Part shown: positions 9,753 to 19,022 of the stretch, piece after piece
Layout: every line of letters begins with the position of its first letter
How positions within the stretch are numbered: the first letter of the stretch is position 1
Made by a program: the position numbers and the translations under genes
The notes under the pieces: model-generated
What the model was told of the DNA's origin: nothing
Database searches by the model: none
What the model saw: the letters and a program-made list of their open reading frames with translations, nothing else
Origin: a candidate division WOR-3 bacterium
GTDB lineage: Bacteria; Hydrothermota; Tepidihabitantia; Tepidihabitantales; Tepidihabitantaceae
NCBI GenBank assembly: GCA_965649225.1
Contig: CBFGJX010000007.1
Coordinates: 32,001-96,000 of the forward strand
Direction: 5' to 3'
Length of the DNA stretch: 64,000 bases

Positions 9753-9781
9753 TTGACGGCAGGGCAAATCTGAGGTATAAT
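9753..9781 (+). promoter_or_regulatory. sigma70-like promoter
   Basis: TTGACG-N17-TATAAT, near consensus. Confidence 0.8.
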
Positions 9782-9869
9782 TTTTCCGGGTGGATTGACG
9801 AGCTAAGGCCGAAACGCCCGACTGGTCTCACTGGTGAGGCAGTCAGGGCACAGGGACAAAGGAGCGCGT

Positions 9870-12800
9870 ATGCTCGGTCTTAGTTCGATACTGCTACTGT
9901 CAGCATTGCTGACGGCGGCCCCGGCCGGAACCATGCCGGAGGCTGCTTCGCCGCTTGGCCTGCTCGGTGTGACCGGGGCGACAGAACTGCCTGCTCTGCG
10001 CACCGAGTTTTCACGGACATACGATCTGCACAACGGCCAGTACCTGGCTGAAATCTTCGCCGTGCCCATTCACGAGCAGGGGCCGGGTGGGATGTGGTTG
10101 CCGGTTGACGCCGACACTACCGACTCAGTGTTCCCACAGAACGCCGACTGGTGGACCGGTCACGTTCAGCGGCAAAACTCGACCGGCGATGTCAAGCAGA
10201 ACAACGACCTCTATTTCCGGGGCGGGAATGCGGCGTCGCACGACAAGCGCCAGGCTTGGATCAAGTTCGACCTCTCGGGAATAAACGACAGTGGGGTCGT
10301 CAACGCCACCGGCCTGGTCTATTACTGTTATTCGATTGACGCCGCCGGCGGGCCGACGACACTGATCAGGGTCGTCAACGTTGATCCTGTACCCGCGACT
10401 GCGACCCAGTTGTGGACTGCCATAACGACCGGTGATTCGGCATCGATGCGCGCCAGTCATGGAACCGGCTGGGTACTGCGGCCGCTCAACCAGACCGGAG
10501 TGAACGCGGTGCGCAACGGTCTGGCCAACAACTGGGTGGCATTCGGCATTCACGAGCCTGAGACCGATAACAGCCGGTGGGGCCACGCCTATGGCTATTT
10601 CCCGCGTTCAACCGCGCCGCGAATGTATGTTACCTACACGCCGCCGCCGCCACCGCCCGACATCGGCGTGACCGGCATCGTCGCACCGACCGGAACTGTT
10701 GACACCGGAGCGATGGTCTATCCGCAGGCAACCTGGCACAACTATCACAGTGCCGCCTATGGGTTCAGCGCTTGGTTCATTCTGACCAATCCGTCGGGGC
10801 AGCGGGTCTATTCCGAGGTCCGAAATATCAGTTCGTTGCGGGCGGGTGGCGATACGACAATCAGTTTCACCGGTTTCAACGTCGGCACTGCCTCGGGTAC
10901 GTGGTTCGCGAAGTGCTCAACTTTTGCCGGTGGCGACACCAACTGGCGCAATGATACCATCCAGCGCAGTTTCACGGTTTTCCCGCGGCATGTCGATGTC
11001 GGGGTTGCCTCGATTGTCCGGCCGGCCGGGGTCATCGACACCGGGATGACGGTCGTGCCTCGTGCCATCTGGCACAACTATCATCCGCTCCATCCAGCGA
11101 ATTTCGAAGCGTGGTTCATACTGCTGGACCCGACGGGTGAGAGACGTTACAGTCACTCGATTGCGGTGACCGGGCTTGCTGCTGGTGCCGATACCGTTCT
11201 CAACTTTCCGAGTTACTATTTCGGTCAGGGCATCGGACAGTGGACAGCCCGTTGTTCGACTTACTGTGCCATTGATACGATGCCGGCCAACGATGTCCGG
11301 CAGGGTGTTTTCACAGTTACGCCCTGGACAGTACATTCTGACATCGGGGTAGTCGAAATCACCGCTCCCCGTGGCGTTTTTGATACGGCCGCACCGGTAC
11401 AGCCGGCCGCAACCTGGAAGAACTATCTGACCGAGGCCACGGGTTTTGAGGCCTATCTCCGGGTATTCAATCCACGCAGCGAGCTGGTCTACAATGCTTC
11501 AACCGTGGTATCCAGCCTGGCGGCCGGTGCCGAGACCACGCTGGTCTTTCCGCTTTTCTATGTCGATACCTCACAGGGGCATTGGACCGTGCGGTGTTCC
11601 ACCTACCTGACTTTTGACGTCGATTACAGCAATGACACTCTGAGTTCGACGTTTCTGGTTTATGTCGGCGGTCAGGCACCCCCTCAGCCGGGTTGGGCAG
11701 AGATGGAGCCGATGCCGGTCGAACCGTCAGGCAAAGCAGTCAAACATGGCGGCTGGCTGACCTGGAGTTCCGGCGATGGCCGTCTCTATATCGGCAAGGG
11801 CAACAAGACCGGCGATTTCTACAGCTACAATCCGCGGACAAACTACTGGGAACGACGAGCGGCGATTCCGGGCGGACTGACCGGCAAGCTGCCGGCAAAG
11901 GGCGCTGACGGCTGCGCCGACGGTGAACGCTGGGTCTATTTCGTCAAGGGCAACAACACCGCCGAGTTCTGGCGTTATGATGTGCTGGCGGATACCTGGT
12001 CAGCGCTTGCCGATGTGCCCCTTGGTCCTTCCAACAAACGCATCAAGGGCGGCAACGACATGGTCTTTGTGCCCGGCGCAGGCGACACCGGTTACATCTA
12101 CCTGCTCAAGGGGCAGAAGGCCGATTTCATGCGGTTCAATACCGTCTCGGGCATCTGGGAAATGCTTTCCTCGGCGCCAATCAATCCCAAACCGAAGTGG
12201 GACCGCGGTTCGTGGCTGGTCTACGATGGCAGCAACACGATTTACGCCCACAAAGCCAAGTTTCATGAACTGTGGACATACGATATTCCACACGATTCCT
12301 GGATGGTGCAGCGAACCGGGATGCCGTTCTTGCGCACGTCGCCCGGCAAGTCGAAGAAGTCCAAGGACGGCGGGTCGGCAGCCTATTTCGACGGGCGGAT
12401 ATACGCTCTGAAGGGCGGCAATACGACCGAGTTCTGGCGCTACCATGTCGATGGCGACAGCTGGGTCGGAATGGATTCGATGCCCGCATTCGGTTCCACC
12501 GCCAAGAAGCGCCGAGTCAAGGACGGTGGCTGCATGGTGGCCGTGGGCAACGGGCAGTTCTTTGCCTTGAAAGGTGCCAACACCCGTGAGCTCTGGCGTT
12601 ACCAGGAAGCCGATGAACTGGCCTTGGCCGGCAGTGGTTGTACAGCTGCGCGGCCAAAATCGGGCGTGGCTGGTGGCAGGGCAGGAGGTATTGTCGGGCC
12701 ACTGGCAATGACCATCACGCCGAATCCATCGCCTGTGCGAAGTCTCAGACTGAGTTGCACCACACCTTTTGCCGGCAGTGCTTCTCTGCTGGTCTTCGAT

Positions 12801-12950
12801 GTCGCGGGGCGGATCAGGCGTCGGTTCGATTTCGCGCTGGTTCCGTCTCAAGGCGTGCAGTTTGATTTGTCCGGTCTGAATGCCGGCATCTATCCAGTGC
12901 GGATCGAGGCCGGAGGTCTCACAGCGACGGCGAAGCTGGTTCTGAAGTAG
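9870..12950 (+). CDS. Large secreted multidomain protein: DNRLRE-like domain, 3 CARDB/Ig-like repeats, Kelch propeller, T9SS-type C-terminal domain
   Basis: RBS AAAGGAG then ATG 9870; signal peptide; RQAWIKFDLSGI; repeats DIGVTGIVAP/DVGVASIVRP/DIGVVEITAP; six KGxxTxEFWRY-like blades; C-terminus TPNP...LNAGIY...TAKLVLK. Confidence 0.88.
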   Translation: MLGLSSILLLSALLTAAPAGTMPEAASPLGLLGVTGATELPALRTEFSRTYDLHNGQYLAEIFAVPIHEQGPGGMWLPVDADTTDSVFPQNADWWTGHVQRQNSTGDVKQNNDLYFRGGNAASHDKRQAWIKFDLSGINDSGVVNATGLVYYCYSIDAAGGPTTLIRVVNVDPVPATATQLWTAITTGDSASMRASHGTGWVLRPLNQTGVNAVRNGLANNWVAFGIHEPETDNSRWGHAYGYFPRSTAPRMYVTYTPPPPPPDIGVTGIVAPTGTVDTGAMVYPQATWHNYHSAAYGFSAWFILTNPSGQRVYSEVRNISSLRAGGDTTISFTGFNVGTASGTWFAKCSTFAGGDTNWRNDTIQRSFTVFPRHVDVGVASIVRPAGVIDTGMTVVPRAIWHNYHPLHPANFEAWFILLDPTGERRYSHSIAVTGLAAGADTVLNFPSYYFGQGIGQWTARCSTYCAIDTMPANDVRQGVFTVTPWTVHSDIGVVEITAPRGVFDTAAPVQPAATWKNYLTEATGFEAYLRVFNPRSELVYNASTVVSSLAAGAETTLVFPLFYVDTSQGHWTVRCSTYLTFDVDYSNDTLSSTFLVYVGGQAPPQPGWAEMEPMPVEPSGKAVKHGGWLTWSSGDGRLYIGKGNKTGDFYSYNPRTNYWERRAAIPGGLTGKLPAKGADGCADGERWVYFVKGNNTAEFWRYDVLADTWSALADVPLGPSNKRIKGGNDMVFVPGAGDTGYIYLLKGQKADFMRFNTVSGIWEMLSSAPINPKPKWDRGSWLVYDGSNTIYAHKAKFHELWTYDIPHDSWMVQRTGMPFLRTSPGKSKKSKDGGSAAYFDGRIYALKGGNTTEFWRYHVDGDSWVGMDSMPAFGSTAKKRRVKDGGCMVAVGNGQFFALKGANTRELWRYQEADELALAGSGCTAARPKSGVAGGRAGGIVGPLAMTITPNPSPVRSLRLSCTTPFAGSASLLVFDVAGRIRRRFDFALVPSQGVQFDLSGLNAGIYPVRIEAGGLTATAKLVLK

Positions 12951-12967
12951 CTCCGTCACTGTCCCTG

Positions 12968-13002
12968 AGTCTGAGCGCCCCGGCAGGGGCGCTCAGACTT
13001 TC
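12968..13002 (+). terminator. Rho-independent terminator
   Basis: 14-bp perfect stem AGTCTGAGCGCCCC/GGGGCGCTCAGACT, GGCA loop, short T tail. Confidence 0.8.
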
Positions 13003-13014
13003 TACCGCCTCAGC

Positions 13015-13042
13015 TTGACTGGCGGGTGTGGACTCATAGAAT
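13015..13042 (+). promoter_or_regulatory. sigma70-like promoter
   Basis: TTGACT-N16-TAGAAT. Confidence 0.7.
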
Positions 13043-13079
13043 CACCCTGAGGTCCGATGCACCACTCTGGAGGACAATT

Positions 13080-13910
13080 TTGCAGGCACGCAGTATCCGG
13101 CTGCTGATTCTGATGGCTGTTTTCCTGCCCGCGGCGTTCGTCCGGGCTGCTTTCGAAGAGTACCGAACCGGCGTGCGCGCCGAGGGGATGGGCGGTGCTT
13201 TTACGGCTATAGCTGATGATGTCTCGGCGATTGACTATAATCCGGCCGGGCTTGGTGCCGTCAGCAGTGCCGGCGCAGCAGCCTTTGGACGTTTGCTCTA
13301 CGGCGGGGTCGGCGTCGGCCTGCACACTGCTCACGTCGCCGGCTGTCTGCCTGTCGGGCAGATTGGAACGCTGGCAATCCGGTTGCAGGAGACCGGCTTT
13401 GCGCGACTTTCCGAGCGTTCGCTCCGGCTCGGGCATGGTGTAAAGCTCGCAGACGGGTTGTTCTTCGGTTACGCGTTCAGCGGCTACAATCTCAGTCAGG
13501 CTGGGGGCTATGGCAGCGGTTTCGCCATTGGCGCCGATGTTGCTCTGCTGGGCACGGTCTACGAGAGCTGGCGCATCGGCTTTCTTGCCCAGAATCTCAA
13601 TCGACCTCGGATCGGCAATTCCGCGCTGCCACAGGTGCTGGCTTTTGGGCTGGGTTACTCACCGGCACCCGGAATCAATTCGGCACTGGACGTGAGCAAG
13701 GAGCCGGGTCGGCCCGCCCGGGTGCACGTGGGTCAGGAGTTCCGTATCGTTCAGGACTTCCTGACGCTGCGTGCCGGGGTGGAGAGTGAGCCGGTGCGGT
13801 TTGCGGTTGGCTTCCGGACAGGCCTGGAACGAGTCCATCTTGATTACGCACTGAAGACCCACCCGGTGCTGCCGGTGACCCATACCATCGGCCTGGCAGC
13901 GGAGTTTTAG
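13080..13910 (+). CDS. PorV/PorQ (FadL-like) family outer-membrane beta-barrel
   Basis: GGAGG then TTG 13080; GVRAEGMGGAFTAIADDVSAIDYNPAGL; LDYA...TH.IGL; terminal Phe. Confidence 0.8.
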   Translation: MQARSIRLLILMAVFLPAAFVRAAFEEYRTGVRAEGMGGAFTAIADDVSAIDYNPAGLGAVSSAGAAAFGRLLYGGVGVGLHTAHVAGCLPVGQIGTLAIRLQETGFARLSERSLRLGHGVKLADGLFFGYAFSGYNLSQAGGYGSGFAIGADVALLGTVYESWRIGFLAQNLNRPRIGNSALPQVLAFGLGYSPAPGINSALDVSKEPGRPARVHVGQEFRIVQDFLTLRAGVESEPVRFAVGFRTGLERVHLDYALKTHPVLPVTHTIGLAAEF

Positions 13911-13911
13911 A

Positions 13912-16329
13912 ATGTTTCTGCTTTTTCTGCTGTCGTTCTACAGCAGCACCAATCAGCTCGACATCAACCGGGCGACGCTGGAACAGATTCGACAGTTGCC
14001 GGTCGATACTGCTACTGCCCGGCGGATATATGAACGGGTTGAGCTGTTTGGTCGGTTGAACAGTGTCTACGAGCTGCTGCGGGTTCCCGGAGTCAGCTAC
14101 GAGAAGTTCGCCGAGCTGAAGCCGCTGGTCTACGTTTCGCCACCGAGCTGGGAGGAGAATCGGCTGAACACGATTCAGCGTATCCAGCGCCGGCTGGCGT
14201 CGGAAGAGGGACCGACTGCTGCGGCAGTCGAGCAGTGGCAGGACCTGCTGGTAACGCCGATAAACATTAACCGGGCGTGGGTTGACGACCTCCTGGTGCT
14301 GGACAATGTATCGCTGGTCGATGCAGTGGCGGTGGTCAAGTTCACCGGCGCCGGCGGCAAGCTGTCGGGCCGGCGCGACCTCGCTAACCAGGTACCGGGG
14401 CTGTCGTCCTACGGCTACCGCAGCCTCAGAGATTTTGTCACCTTTGATGATGTCAAAGGGCTGGCGTTCAGTGGTAACTACCGGGCGAACTACGACGGCG
14501 ACCCCAACTGGTTTGTTTCGGCCGGCAGTGCCGAGTTCGATCAGGCACTGGCCACGCTTGACGCGGACACTCTTGAGTTTCGCAATGCCGGCTACACCGC
14601 CGAACAGATTGAGTTCTTCCGTGCGCGTTTGATTGATTCGCGTTCGTTCCGGACGGCGATGGGCAATCAGTCCAGCATCCGTCACCGGTTGCGCGTGCGG
14701 CTCGGCGAACCGTTCCGTCTCGGCGGCTGGGCAGTGCAGAAGCTCTACACCGGCCAGCCGGTTGATGAGTACAAACTGTTTGCCTCCGCCAGTGGCATCG
14801 GGCCACTGCGCAAGGCAATCGTCGGTGATTACCGGCTGACGCTGGCTCAGGGCCTGCTGATGGACAATAACTCCGAGCTGGTCGCGCGGGTTCACGAGCG
14901 TACCGTCGGCCTGTACAGTGACCTGTCGGAAAACCCCGGTTTCGGATTGCGCGGCGGCGCGTTTGACATCGGGACCGGACGCCAGGGCGGCGGTGTGCTC
15001 GGCTTCTATTCGTGCAGCCGCCGTGATGCCATTCTCAACCCGGACAGTTCGGTGAACTACTATATTGTGTCAACACCGCGTTATCCGGCTTTCCGGAACA
15101 AGTTGCAGGAGACTGACTACGGTGGCAGTGCTTATCTTGACCTGTCCGGGGTTGGTTTCCTCCCGGTCGGTACGCGGCTGGCGTTTAACGGACTCCGAAT
15201 AGCTTATGACCGACCGTTTCGGCCTGATGCCCGCTGGCTGGAGCTGCCCGGAGATTCCGATACGCTTGAAGACCCGAATTACACCGCGTTGGACAGTGGC
15301 AGTACCCGGTTTTACTACGGGATAGACTTCCGCACCGTAGTCGAGAATTTCTCGTTCGAGGGCGAGCTGGCGTTGAAACCGAAAACCGGGAGCGCATCGG
15401 TGCGGGGCTGGCTGCCCACACAATCTGTACCGAAGGCGATGATAGTCAAGGGCCGGACACAGTATGATTATCTCTATGTAACGGTGCTTTACCGGCGTTA
15501 TGATGTCGGTTACGACAATCCCTACAATCGCGGTTTTTCCGAGCAGGCACGTTTTGAGGACACACCGCTCGAGAAGCCGTACCGGCTGATTGATCCGGTT
15601 TTCGCCGCGCTGCAGGATTTTCCTTTGCCCAAGGCCGAAGAGGGTGTATTTGCCGACATGCGCTACCAGGTCGGACGGCAGATAACTTTCACCCGCGTCT
15701 ATGTTGACATCTGGCGTAATCTCGCCTGGGGAGCCGACAACGTCAGATTCCAGGGCGAGGTGGAATACCGGCCCGTCTTTCCCTTGCGGCTGCGTTTCAA
15801 GCAGAAACTCCAGTCCAAGGAGCTGCCGAAGCTCGCCGGCGCGACAAGGTCAAACACGCTCGAAAGCTCAATCAGAGCAATGGCCAGTCTGTCGAACTGG
15901 GACTGGCTCACCGGCGAGGTTCGGCTTGGAAAGGTGCTGCTGACGCCAACCTTGCGCTATACCGACCAGTCAAGCATCTCGGGCAACTTCGTTTCGGTTC
16001 AGTGGGAGCATAATTTTTCCAACGACCTGCAGGGTGAACTTGGAGTTGCGGCGTGGATGACGCGGGGTATGTCGCAGTGGGCTTTTGAGGACAATGGTAT
16101 TGACTTTCTCGAGGGGCAGGGTTTGCGCTGGTACGCGGCCTTGACGGACCGCATCTCGGACAACCTGCTGGTTTATTTCAAGGTTCGGCACAAGTTGAGC
16201 GAGTTTCCGCACACCGGTCTGGGCGGCCGGGAGGGATTGCACTATCGGAATAGCCTTGAGCCGGTGCGTGATTTTGTGTCGCGCGAGGAAACTCTGACAC
16301 TTTCCGTTCAGTTCGATTTGCTTTGGTAG
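13912..16329 (+). CDS. Helix-hairpin-helix (ComEA-like) domain outer-membrane protein
   Basis: Two HhH units (LDINRATLEQIRQLP...LLRVPGV; ININRA...QVPGL), beta-rich C-terminal half, terminal Trp. Confidence 0.8.
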   Translation: MFLLFLLSFYSSTNQLDINRATLEQIRQLPVDTATARRIYERVELFGRLNSVYELLRVPGVSYEKFAELKPLVYVSPPSWEENRLNTIQRIQRRLASEEGPTAAAVEQWQDLLVTPININRAWVDDLLVLDNVSLVDAVAVVKFTGAGGKLSGRRDLANQVPGLSSYGYRSLRDFVTFDDVKGLAFSGNYRANYDGDPNWFVSAGSAEFDQALATLDADTLEFRNAGYTAEQIEFFRARLIDSRSFRTAMGNQSSIRHRLRVRLGEPFRLGGWAVQKLYTGQPVDEYKLFASASGIGPLRKAIVGDYRLTLAQGLLMDNNSELVARVHERTVGLYSDLSENPGFGLRGGAFDIGTGRQGGGVLGFYSCSRRDAILNPDSSVNYYIVSTPRYPAFRNKLQETDYGGSAYLDLSGVGFLPVGTRLAFNGLRIAYDRPFRPDARWLELPGDSDTLEDPNYTALDSGSTRFYYGIDFRTVVENFSFEGELALKPKTGSASVRGWLPTQSVPKAMIVKGRTQYDYLYVTVLYRRYDVGYDNPYNRGFSEQARFEDTPLEKPYRLIDPVFAALQDFPLPKAEEGVFADMRYQVGRQITFTRVYVDIWRNLAWGADNVRFQGEVEYRPVFPLRLRFKQKLQSKELPKLAGATRSNTLESSIRAMASLSNWDWLTGEVRLGKVLLTPTLRYTDQSSISGNFVSVQWEHNFSNDLQGELGVAAWMTRGMSQWAFEDNGIDFLEGQGLRWYAALTDRISDNLLVYFKVRHKLSEFPHTGLGGREGLHYRNSLEPVRDFVSREETLTLSVQFDLLW

Positions 16330-16343
16330 ACGGGAGAGAGCTG

Positions 16344-17504
16344 ATGAAGTTTTTGCCCATTTTGATGCTGGTGGGGATGAGCGCAGGGCTAGCGGTCGGG
16401 CAGATTCCGGCCCGGGACTGGTGGGGAGAGGAGGTTGCTTTTGTCTCCGCCCGCAGTCTGGCGACGGGTGGTGTTTCACTGCACGAATCGCGACCGGCGG
16501 CGTTGTTTGTCAATCCGGCGCTGCTTTCGGTCGAGCGCTACTTCGCCGTTGAGGCAACGGGTATTCTGCGGCTGCGAATCGAGCAGCGGACACGGGTGGT
16601 CTACGATAACTTCGAAAACGCTTTGGGTGAGGCGGCTTTCGCCGACAATTATGGTTCGAACGCTCTGGCCGGACCGATGGCAGCCGCGGGCAGGCTCGGG
16701 CTGGTCGTAGTCGCAGCCGGTGCCCGACCGGTCCGAGATTTCAGCTACGATTATCTGAAGGAGTACCGCGACGACTTCTACGTGAAGATTGGCGAGGAGC
16801 GTGTCCATCAGTTCGGCAGTCTCTACAACGTTGGAGTGGGTGCAGCCGCGCGTCCGGTTAGCTGGCTTGGTCTCGGGGCAGCGGGTGGCTACTGCTTCGG
16901 CACTCGCAGTTTCGAATCGGTCGTGATTGACGGCCGGGACACGGTCTCGGTAGCGGAGTCGGGCTGGCCAAACGGGATGACTTGGCATGTCGGTGCGCTG
17001 CTGGTGCCGATTCGGCGGCTGTCGATTGCTGCCGACCTTCGGGGTGGCACAAAATTGAGTGATTGGCGAAAAGCGGACAGCGTTGTTTCGGCCGAGGCCC
17101 GTAGTTATCCGGCGTCTGCCGGCATCTCGGCTTCGTACCGGGCGGCAGGAGACTTGCCATCGACAATCACGCTCGAAACAAGGTATCAGGACTGGTCTGA
17201 AGTGGACAGCGGATTGAGCCCGGTGTTCAGCGTGCGGGTTGGGGTCGAGCACCTGCTGCCGACGATGGTTGCGTTGCGCTACGGATTCGGGGTTGAGCCG
17301 ATGGCGGTCAATCCGTCGGTGCATGTTGCCAACGTGGGTTTTGGCGTTGGATTCGACGTGGGGGCAATGCGCATCGATCTCGGATTGGGGCACTCGCGGG
17401 CCGTGATTGGCGGAAATGAGTTCTATCGACCGTTGGCTGAGGATGGAGTGAAGGTCTATGAGAACCGAACCACGTTCGCTGTTACTCTCAGTCGCGGTTT
17501 TTAG
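16344..17504 (+). CDS. FadL/PorV-like outer-membrane beta-barrel protein
   Basis: Signal peptide; SARSLATGG...LFVNPALL motif; alternating beta strands; terminal Phe. Confidence 0.72.
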   Translation: MKFLPILMLVGMSAGLAVGQIPARDWWGEEVAFVSARSLATGGVSLHESRPAALFVNPALLSVERYFAVEATGILRLRIEQRTRVVYDNFENALGEAAFADNYGSNALAGPMAAAGRLGLVVVAAGARPVRDFSYDYLKEYRDDFYVKIGEERVHQFGSLYNVGVGAAARPVSWLGLGAAGGYCFGTRSFESVVIDGRDTVSVAESGWPNGMTWHVGALLVPIRRLSIAADLRGGTKLSDWRKADSVVSAEARSYPASAGISASYRAAGDLPSTITLETRYQDWSEVDSGLSPVFSVRVGVEHLLPTMVALRYGFGVEPMAVNPSVHVANVGFGVGFDVGAMRIDLGLGHSRAVIGGNEFYRPLAEDGVKVYENRTTFAVTLSRGF

Positions 17505-19014
17505 TCTGCTGTTCGGTTCCGCGGCACTGGCAGCCGGGAAGGCGGAATCGAGGGTCAAGCGGCTCTATATCGTTCACACCAATGACATTCATGGTGCGCT
17601 GGAGCCGGCGACCGCTTTCTGGATCAACCGTGATTTTCCGCCGCCGCTGGCCAACGCACCAGGAGCCTTGACAGTAATCCGCCGGCTGCGAGCTGAGGCG
17701 GAGCGCAAAGGCTATGGTTTTCTTCTACTCGATGGCGGCGACGTGTTCAAGGGTACACCACTGGGTGATTTTACCCGGGGGCAGGCAGTCGTTGATTTCT
17801 TCCGGCGGGCTGGATACGACGCCGTCGCAGTCGGCAACCACGACTTCGATTTTGGCTGGCCGGTGCTGAGGGCGATGGCCGAGTGCTCGGCCGGCATACC
17901 CTGGATTGTGACAAACGTTCGAGTTTCCGGGACCGATACGACACCCGGGTTTCTGCGTTCGAGCGTTTTGTTTGAGCGGGGCGGGTTGAAGATCGGGGTA
18001 TTCGGTCTGATTACCAAGTACCTCAGTGGGATGGTCAACGACTCAATGCGGGGGGCGATTGATGTCCTGCCTTATGAAGATGTTGCCCGCGCCGAAATTG
18101 CCGCACTGCGTCGAGCAGGAGCCGACATCATCGTTGCCCTGAACCACGTCGGACACCGTCACGATCAACGGTTGGCCGATTCAATCCAGGGTATTGATGT
18201 AATCATCGGCGCACACAGTCATACCGGTGTCAAGCCGCCTTACGAAGCACCGGCAAGCCATACCGTCATACAGCAGGCTTACAGCAAGCTTTCGACAGTC
18301 GGGCTGATCGAGCTGCGGTTTGACACGCACACCCGGCAGGTTGTCGGCTATGAGGGCCGGCTGATTGACCTGATGGCCGAGGCAATACCCTCGGACCGCG
18401 AGTATGCTGCCTTGCTCGATTCGGTCCGGGCAGTGGCAGAACACGGTTACGATGAGGTGCTGGGTTATTCCAAACGGGAGCTGACGCGGGGCGGTATGGC
18501 AGAAAACCCGGCCGGCAATCTGATTACTGATGCCCTGCGCGAGGAGTTTGGTGCCGACATTGCGTTCCATAACTCGGCCGGCATCCGGGCAAACATTCCG
18601 GAAGGCAAGGTAACCTATCGGGACGTTTACAAGGTTGATATCTTCGGCAACACCGCCGTTGTCGGGTTCTACACCGGGCGGCAGATCAGGGAAATCTGTG
18701 AAGTTTCCGTAAACGGGCACCATGCGATATTTCAGGTCTCGGGGCTGAAGATGACCTACACCAACCGACAGCCGATCGGACGGCGGGTGTTGTCGATAAC
18801 CGTCAACGGCGAGCCGCTCGACCCAGAGCGTCGGTACAAGGTCGTGACCAATTCTTTTCTTGCCTCGGGGACGGGAGAATATGGCGTCTTCGCCGAGGGC
18901 GAGGAGCTTGAAGATACCTTCCTGCCCCTGCGGGACGTGATTGCCCGTTATATCAGGCGTCATTCGCCGGTGGACGCACGGGTCGAGGGACGGATAGTGC
19001 TGGTTGACAAATAG
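17458..19014 (+). CDS. Exported 5'-nucleotidase / bifunctional metallophosphatase (UshA family)
   Basis: HTNDIHG, LLDGGD, GNHDFDFG, IIGAHSH, NSAGIR, QVSGL, TNSFLASG. Confidence 0.93.
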   Translation: MRTEPRSLLLSVAVFSLLFGSAALAAGKAESRVKRLYIVHTNDIHGALEPATAFWINRDFPPPLANAPGALTVIRRLRAEAERKGYGFLLLDGGDVFKGTPLGDFTRGQAVVDFFRRAGYDAVAVGNHDFDFGWPVLRAMAECSAGIPWIVTNVRVSGTDTTPGFLRSSVLFERGGLKIGVFGLITKYLSGMVNDSMRGAIDVLPYEDVARAEIAALRRAGADIIVALNHVGHRHDQRLADSIQGIDVIIGAHSHTGVKPPYEAPASHTVIQQAYSKLSTVGLIELRFDTHTRQVVGYEGRLIDLMAEAIPSDREYAALLDSVRAVAEHGYDEVLGYSKRELTRGGMAENPAGNLITDALREEFGADIAFHNSAGIRANIPEGKVTYRDVYKVDIFGNTAVVGFYTGRQIREICEVSVNGHHAIFQVSGLKMTYTNRQPIGRRVLSITVNGEPLDPERRYKVVTNSFLASGTGEYGVFAEGEELEDTFLPLRDVIARYIRRHSPVDARVEGRIVLVDK

Positions 19015-19022
19015 GCTCGTCA

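Noticed and set aside
9795..9850. Functional hammerhead ribozyme
   Set aside because: Core-like TTGACGA...GAAAC is present, but stem I and the NUH cleavage triplet are missing; kept only as a structured-UTR lead.
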